Source: Rebecca billardiae RCC1528 (taxonomy: Eukaryota > Protista > Haptophyta). From it: a DNA stretch of 64,000 nucleotides. The position numbers and the translations under genes were made by a program. A model generated the notes under the pieces. That model searched no databases, had not been told where the DNA came from, and saw only the letters and a list, made by a program, of their open reading frames with translations. The stretch lies in assembly GCA_965240325.2 (NCBI GenBank), contig OZ251223.1, forward strand, positions 2,666,001 to 2,730,000, read 5' to 3'. Positions 59,501 to 64,000 of this stretch are shown piece after piece (within the stretch, counting starts at the first letter, position 1; every line of letters starts with the position of its first letter).

Positions 59501-60576
59501 CTGCTGCTGCTGCTGCGCCGAGGCCGTCCAAGCCACCCCCTTCCAAGCCGCCGGCGGCCGCTGCGCCGCCGCCGCAAAAGCTGCCGCCTTCCACAACGCC
59601 GCCGGTGGCCGCTGCGCCGCCGCCGCAAAAGCTGCCGCCTTCCACAACGCCGCCGGTGGCCGCTGCGCCGCCGCCGCGCAAGCCGCTGCCGTCAAAAGCG
59701 CCGCCGGCAGCGACTACGCCGCCGCCGCGGCCAAAGCCGCCACCAGATTTCAGCAAGCCGCCGCCAGCCACCGCCGCGCTGTCACGCAAAGCATCCCTGT
59801 CCACCAAGCCGACGGCTACTTCGGCCGCGCCTGTGCCCGCTAAGCCCAAGCTGGTGGCAGCGAGCACCGCAGCCGCGCCTGCTCCGGCTGCGTCGCACTT
59901 TGTGCCCAAGGCCCCGCCACCAGTGCCCGGCGGGCGCGTCGCGGCGCTCCGCGCAGGTTACGAGGGCGGCACGATCGGCGGCGGCGGCGCACACCCAACC
60001 GCCAGCACGACCGACCAGGCGACGGGGATGAAGCGCGCCTCGATCGGTGGCAAGACCGCGCCCACTGAGGGGAAGCGAGGCTCGGTCGGCGGCAAGCCCC
60101 CCGCTGCAGCGCCGGCCGCGGTGCTGAGCAGTGGCACCATCGGTGGCAAGTTCGGGTACAGCGAGGCCGACAGGCCGCGAGCGGCCGCGCCGCCGCCGCC
60201 TGCCGCCGCCAAGAAGCCATCCCCCGCCGCTACGCCTCCGGGCAAGCTCAGCGTACCGCAGGCTGCCGACCGCAAGCCGCGTGAGGGACGGCCCCTGTAC
60301 GCGACGCCGGACAAGAGCCAGCTGCGCCGCGCCAAGCCGGCGGCGCACGCCCCTGCGCACTACGCTGGGGAAGACGACGCGGCTGCGCGCATACAGGCGC
60401 AGGCGCGCGCCAATCGCGCGCGCCGCCTACTCGCCGAGGAGCACGCCGGGGCGGCGATCCAGTCGCAGTACCGCACGGCGCTCTTCCGTCGGATGTTCTT
60501 GCGGACAAAGGAGCAGTACGGCCTCGAATACGTCAGCATAGGCCCGGGCGGTCCCGGCACAGCGGCCGTGTATTGA
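56509..60576 (+). CDS. Large low-complexity protein with an internal duplication, degenerate alpha/beta-hydrolase (IroE/Fes-like) domain, Pro-rich region and C-terminal IQ-like motifs
   Basis: Long ORF from ATG 56509 containing 'FLSSVLHDVLPAVD..RRALVADGLATLLGVQLLTAHPELIGHFVLGSP', 'IQAQARANRARR' and 'IQSQYRTALFRR'. Confidence 0.7.
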   Translation: MDLLFLGVGGGDSARRARKSRQDERRAAMVAKLGLATPPHLTPTRESPTSSSATDPAPRRTPATIGVQWPSSARLREKGTGGAHSPARSPRTDVLFSSTDQPLPEPTSSPEPVVHAAPDSSANNSRENAARAHGGVDPAGSPQPAASSSPRNPSVHSKGGSLPLGSPPQKPPSSARSGSLPSSARRRHLAAAEPHALSPRHSAAAHALFSTTDQPAGAPPESTAAPPADVEDANLDHSGSHGSSGSLGSRAKAVPAEIVVAARQLAGTGRSETELPAPGAGLSPRKAVGSDRAKPSSQRHSGGRATTAPAHGTPALDIQIGSGSDAEPEPEESSTARRKRDLSASMQPKRDTRLSTASVHQQPSEHEPRRSMPTLQLPEEEAAARSTRSSLHEERVGGSAPSSAELRKQRQMRYSTASVHQPPEEDEPARGLPALPLPGDGKASRMSSLREERGPGAAALRSSERLGREAKAAAAAEEEEGSTARRRREVEEADDEEEESSTARRAREIEALVAEVQAEKSSTARRKRDAAAGAARLSASMQPKRDTRLSTASVHQQPSEHEPRRSMPTLQLPEEEAAARSTRSSLHEERVGGSAPSSAELRKQRQMRYSTASVHQPPEEDEPARGLPTLQLPGAAGKSSSAAVAAASSAPNAKGSSAPKPGALERTTSTDPDRLGGAAAAPAGRTAAPVSALSRTSVRTLQARGGIELELTFAPPTNGQPAEVAVLIFDPEPSLFGLAAMHVFAMAQRQGGLWRRALLVGVARKLRPGESRAEARERDFVPPRMVLSEMNASFRPNPFLSSVLHDVLPAVDALMAPHARGVRERRALVADGLATLLGVQLLTAHPELIGHFVLGSPPLPEHEHIFQNESHAAVHYAPHAAGVSVLLLLGELDRRANLHEHAARLAGVLHGRGVGARVPLVVAGEDAASLPPSIVSRGLGWLLASLDASGAVDEQSDDEPERAPLRPAAAQPRAAAAAAGGGGGGGGGAGGAGAGAVAAAAAAPRPSKPPPSKPPAAAAPPPQKLPPSTTPPVAAAPPPQKLPPSTTPPVAAAPPPRKPLPSKAPPAATTPPPRPKPPPDFSKPPPATAALSRKASLSTKPTATSAAPVPAKPKLVAASTAAAPAPAASHFVPKAPPPVPGGRVAALRAGYEGGTIGGGGAHPTASTTDQATGMKRASIGGKTAPTEGKRGSVGGKPPAAAPAAVLSSGTIGGKFGYSEADRPRAAAPPPPAAAKKPSPAATPPGKLSVPQAADRKPREGRPLYATPDKSQLRRAKPAAHAPAHYAGEDDAAARIQAQARANRARRLLAEEHAGAAIQSQYRTALFRRMFLRTKEQYGLEYVSIGPGGPGTAAVY
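57532..58391 (+). repeat. Near-identical 275 bp direct repeat inside the CDS (57532-57806 and 58117-58391)
   Basis: Both copies encode LSASMQPKRDTR...EEDEPARGLP. I could see only about one synonymous difference. Confidence 0.92.
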
Positions 60577-61237
60577 ATGCGCGTATAACTAGGTTACCGT
60601 CTTAGGCCCAAGCATCAGTAGTAGGCTTAAGTAGGGTCGATCACGTTAGCTATAGCAGTACTGCTATATAGCAGTCTATCTGATGCTACTCGGCACCGCA
60701 GTGCTGTGACTCTGGCTCTGCAGACGCACTGCTAGACAGCTAGTCGCTGATTGACGTGCTAGACGGGCCATATGTGTTCCGTTCCGGCAGGCGTTCGGTC
60801 CGAGCGGTCCGAGCCGAGGCCAGTTCGCCGCAGCATTAGAGACGAGCAGTACTTATTAAGCTATGGCCCTGCTGTAAATCAAATTAGTCGTCCGAAATAA
60901 GTTACGATGACATGTTTTTATTTATGATTTTCTAGCAGGCGCCTGGCGGCATTTAGTTTTTCTCGGAGCGGCGTCACTCGTCAGCGGTCAGGCCGAGGGG
61001 ACAGGGTTCCGTCGTCTGAGCCGTCAGGCCGGTCAGGCCGTCAGGGCAGAGGCTGCTCGGCACTCAGTGACACATAAATGTCACATAATTTACGGGCATG
61101 TGACGATTGACGAGCAAATACATCATTGCCGAATTACGAATCATATGTCTGCTGCCATAGATAATTTAAAACGACTGGGAATTACAATGACTTGATGATT
61201 TAAATCGCGCGCGCGCGTTGACGCGAATAATAATAAG

Positions 61238-61238
<1 letters not shown>

Positions 61239-61332
<94 letters not shown>
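61239..61332. repeat. (TA)n microsatellite, ~94 bp
   Basis: Directly visible in the sequence. Confidence 0.97.
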
Positions 61333-61336
<4 letters not shown>

Positions 61337-61640
61337 CATCAATATGAACCGCGCGTTACCTAACGGAAAGAACCATCAGTGCCAATACCAGCGCATATCG
61401 CGAATCTTAATCTACTACAACTCACTCATCGATTATATATCGGTTAGCTTACGACGCAGTATCCTGTGCTGACCGTATCCGACGAGACCGAGTCCGCGAC
61501 GACATCGAATATCGGCGATCCCGGAACTCAATATTACCGACTGAATTTAAATTACGATAACTGATTATTACCGTAATAATAAGTTAATACGGTTACGTAC
61601 TACGGATATATGCGACGACGATACAGTACGTGCGCGGCAA

Positions 61641-62897
61641 TTAAAAGCTTGGCGACGTTGGCATTGCCAGGAGGCGGCGGATTCCAGGACCAGAGGCGGG
61701 ATGCAGCATCAGCATGATGTCGTCCGCCTCCGATGACGGCTCCGTGACCTCGCCCACGCGAGATGCTGCCGGCGCCGAGCGTCCGTCCTCCGACCCTGCT
61801 GCTGCGGGAGTGGCTGACATCGTCTCATTTGTTGCCATGGTGGCCTGGTCGGGCTCGCCGAGCGCGGCGGCATGGTCCCCGCTGCCACCACCATTCTCCA
61901 CGCCCGCAGCTGGCTGTCCAGCTCGGTTTGCGTCGGGCTGCGGATCGGACGTCCTCACGCGGTAGATGGCGCTGGGCGTCGCCTGCGGGTTGGCCTGCTG
62001 CATCCGCCACACCTCGTTCGCGCTGAAGAAGCCGGCATTCGAGGGCGGCGCGGGCGCGCCTGGCGCTCCCGACAAGGGTGCTGCGGAGCCGGCGGCGGGC
62101 GGGCCCACGCGCCCAAGCCGGGGCGGCAGCGCAGCGTAGAGTGCGCCCAAGGAGATGCGCGCCTCAGCATCCGTGGAGCCCTCCGTGAAGATGTGGCCTC
62201 GCGAGCTCATGCGGCCAAGCTGCTGCCGGGCCGCCCACAGCTCCGCAATCGTCTGCCGATCACTGTCGGACAGAGCCAGGCTCCCCATGCCGCGAAGGTC
62301 CGTGACAAACTCGGCATCATCCTCGGCCGCGGCAAGGCTGTCCACAGGAGAGCACGGCGGCCGAGCCAGGCACTCCTCGCGCTCGCGCTGCTCTTCGCGC
62401 GCGTGCTCGGCCTCGAGCTCGCGGCTCTCCTCCGGGAAGAGGAGCTTGATTGCCGTCCACATCGCTGCGTTGACGACTGGCTCGCCCGACGTGCGTGGGA
62501 GCTCACAGCGACAGAGCGGGCAGTGCATGCCGCAGCGGCGCGCCGAACGAGCCATGCACAGCGCGCAAAAGTTGTGGCCGCAGCTTGTTGTTGTTGGCTT
62601 CACGCACACCTCCATGCACACGCCGCAGGTAAACTCGGCGCGTAACTTTGAGAGGATCAGCATGCGCCCGGGGCTCGCCGCCTTCGCTGACGAAGCCGGC
62701 GGCAGTCGGTTTGTGTGCGCGCTGGGTGTGAGCACGGGCGGAAGGCTCAGTCCAGCTTTTGGCGGCTCAGCCTCACGCGGTACGAAGTGGGGGTCCTCGC
62801 GCTCGATTTGCTCCGCCATATGTGCCATGTCCCAGCCGGCCCGCTCCGCGAGGGCCTGGAACGTCGGCGTACCGGGGGCGCCGCCCGTCAGCGTCAT
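61641..62897 (-). CDS. RING-HC (C3HC4) zinc finger protein, probable E3 ligase
   Basis: 'FTCGVCMEVCVKPTTTSCGHNFCALC..CPLCR..VVNAAMW..IKLLFP'. The start is placed at ATG 62897 because the upstream ORF extension overlaps the ABC1 gene. Confidence 0.85.
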   Translation of the reverse strand: MTLTGGAPGTPTFQALAERAGWDMAHMAEQIEREDPHFVPREAEPPKAGLSLPPVLTPSAHTNRLPPASSAKAASPGRMLILSKLRAEFTCGVCMEVCVKPTTTSCGHNFCALCMARSARRCGMHCPLCRCELPRTSGEPVVNAAMWTAIKLLFPEESRELEAEHAREEQREREECLARPPCSPVDSLAAAEDDAEFVTDLRGMGSLALSDSDRQTIAELWAARQQLGRMSSRGHIFTEGSTDAEARISLGALYAALPPRLGRVGPPAAGSAAPLSGAPGAPAPPSNAGFFSANEVWRMQQANPQATPSAIYRVRTSDPQPDANRAGQPAAGVENGGGSGDHAAALGEPDQATMATNETMSATPAAAGSEDGRSAPAASRVGEVTEPSSEADDIMLMLHPASGPGIRRLLAMPTSPSF

Positions 62898-63118
62898 CGT
62901 CAAGACGTCGACGACCGGCTCGGTGGTGCAGAGCCGCAGGGGAGAGCAATCTGAGGAGAGTTCATGCGCGCAGCCGTTTCGAGAGTCCGGGCGACGAGCG
63001 CGCGCGACAAGCCAACTGACGCTCGGCTTTCGCAACCATTGCTCTCCACACCTCCGGCTCCCGATCGAGAGACCCAGCCTGCAAAGAATCATCAGGGTCC
63101 AACTTCGAGAATCGCGCG

Positions 63119-64000
63119 ATGGCGTCGCTGTCGCGGCTGACGCGAGCTGCCCTCGGGACGACAGCCGGGGTGGCTGGCGTCGCCTTCGTCGCGTACGAGC
63201 AGGATGAGGGCGTTCGGCGTTCGATGATCTTTTGGAGCCGCGTGCTGCCGATCTACGCGCACTACCGCTGGCTCCAGTACGTGGAGCTGCCGGCGCGAGG
63301 GATCGACAACTCGAGCGATGAGTGCATGCGCGCGTATGACGTGCTTCACGAGCGGTACGCGCCAATCGTCGAGCGCTCGGCGCTCGAGCTCCGGGGCTTC
63401 TACCTTAAAGCGGCGCAGCTCGTGTCCACGCGCGACGACTTTGTGCCACCCGCGTACCTCGTGTGGTGCAAGCGCATGCAAGCGGAAGTGCCCACCCCTT
63501 TCCGCCCTGGCGAGGGCCGCCGGATCGTCGAGAAGGCGCTCGGCGGTGCGGAGGAGTTCGCGCGCACCTTTGCGCACTGGGAGGAGCAGCCGTGCGGCTC
63601 GGCGTCCATCGGCGTGGTGCACCGTGCCCGGCTGGCGGGAGACGGGCGCGAGGTGGCGGTGAAGGTAATGATGCCAGGCATTGAGTCCAAGTTCCGCTCC
63701 GACCTGGGCACGATCCGCCGCTTCTGCGCGCTCGCGATGCCGCAGCACGTCTCTGGGCTCGACGAGATCGATGCACAGTTCTTCACCGAGTTTGACTACA
63801 CGCTCGAGGCGCGCTCGATGGAGACGATCCACGACAACCTCGCGCGCACCCGCTGGACGAAGAAGGTGGTCGTGCCGAGGCCTGTCCCCGAGCTGTGCTC
63901 GCAGCACGTGCTCGTGATGGAGTACCTGCCGGGCGTCAAGCTGGACGACGGGCTGCGCGCGCAGTGGAGCCGGGTCGCCGAGCGTCGCGGCGTCTCGCTC
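63119..64000 (+). CDS. ABC1/UbiB atypical kinase (ADCK family), 3'-truncated; not in the ORF track
   Basis: My translation from ATG 63119 gives 'LELRGFYLKAAQLVSTRDDFVP', 'PCGSASIGVVHRARL..EVAVKV..PG', 'EFDYTLEA' and 'VLVMEYLPGVKL'. Confidence 0.93.
   Translation, partial: MASLSRLTRAALGTTAGVAGVAFVAYEQDEGVRRSMIFWSRVLPIYAHYRWLQYVELPARGIDNSSDECMRAYDVLHERYAPIVERSALELRGFYLKAAQLVSTRDDFVPPAYLVWCKRMQAEVPTPFRPGEGRRIVEKALGGAEEFARTFAHWEEQPCGSASIGVVHRARLAGDGREVAVKVMMPGIESKFRSDLGTIRRFCALAMPQHVSGLDEIDAQFFTEFDYTLEARSMETIHDNLARTRWTKKVVVPRPVPELCSQHVLVMEYLPGVKLDDGLRAQWSRVAERRGVSL

Noticed and set aside
61206-61472. 'YIYIYI' ORF and the adjacent (CG)6/(TA)n, plus similar 'SLSLSL' ORFs at 46314 and 46914
   Set aside because: These are translations of microsatellites.
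62898-63365. N-terminal extension of the RING ORF
   Set aside because: It overlaps the ABC1 kinase CDS on the opposite strand and the shared promoter.

Overview
Gene-dense, very GC-rich eukaryotic nuclear DNA with GT-AG spliceosomal introns. It is probably from a flagellated alga. A Pavlovales-type haptophyte fits the base composition, the intron style, RSPH9 and an HCF101 with a mitochondrion-like presequence, but that assignment is inference. I built about 21 protein-coding genes, many by splicing by hand: a PKD1/REJ-GPS-like protein, a Patched/NPC1-like RND protein, a degenerate cysteine-desulfurase-like protein, CIA2/MIP18, RSPH9, dUTPase, a peroxisomal-type SLC25 carrier, a 4xRRM protein, HemW, DPH7, HCF101, KCR/HSD17B12, an X8-like Cys/Pro-rich surface protein, CASP, a RING protein, an ABC1 kinase and several unknowns. 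Most are arranged as head-to-head pairs separated by AT-richer, microsatellite-bearing islands. Main observations: (1) two ~1.6-1.7 kb non-coding elements in inverted orientation with Helitron2/Helentron-type ends bracket a 6.2 kb four-gene block; (2) introns lack a polypyrimidine tract and have mutually complementary (GC)n-rich ends; (3) repeat copies decay by short micro-duplications; (4) two apparent pseudo-enzymes; (5) unusual secreted Cys-rich repeat proteins, several with RRxL/RxL motifs. No rRNA, tRNA or CRISPR array was recognised. Most ORFs in the supplied track are GC-rich shadow frames.
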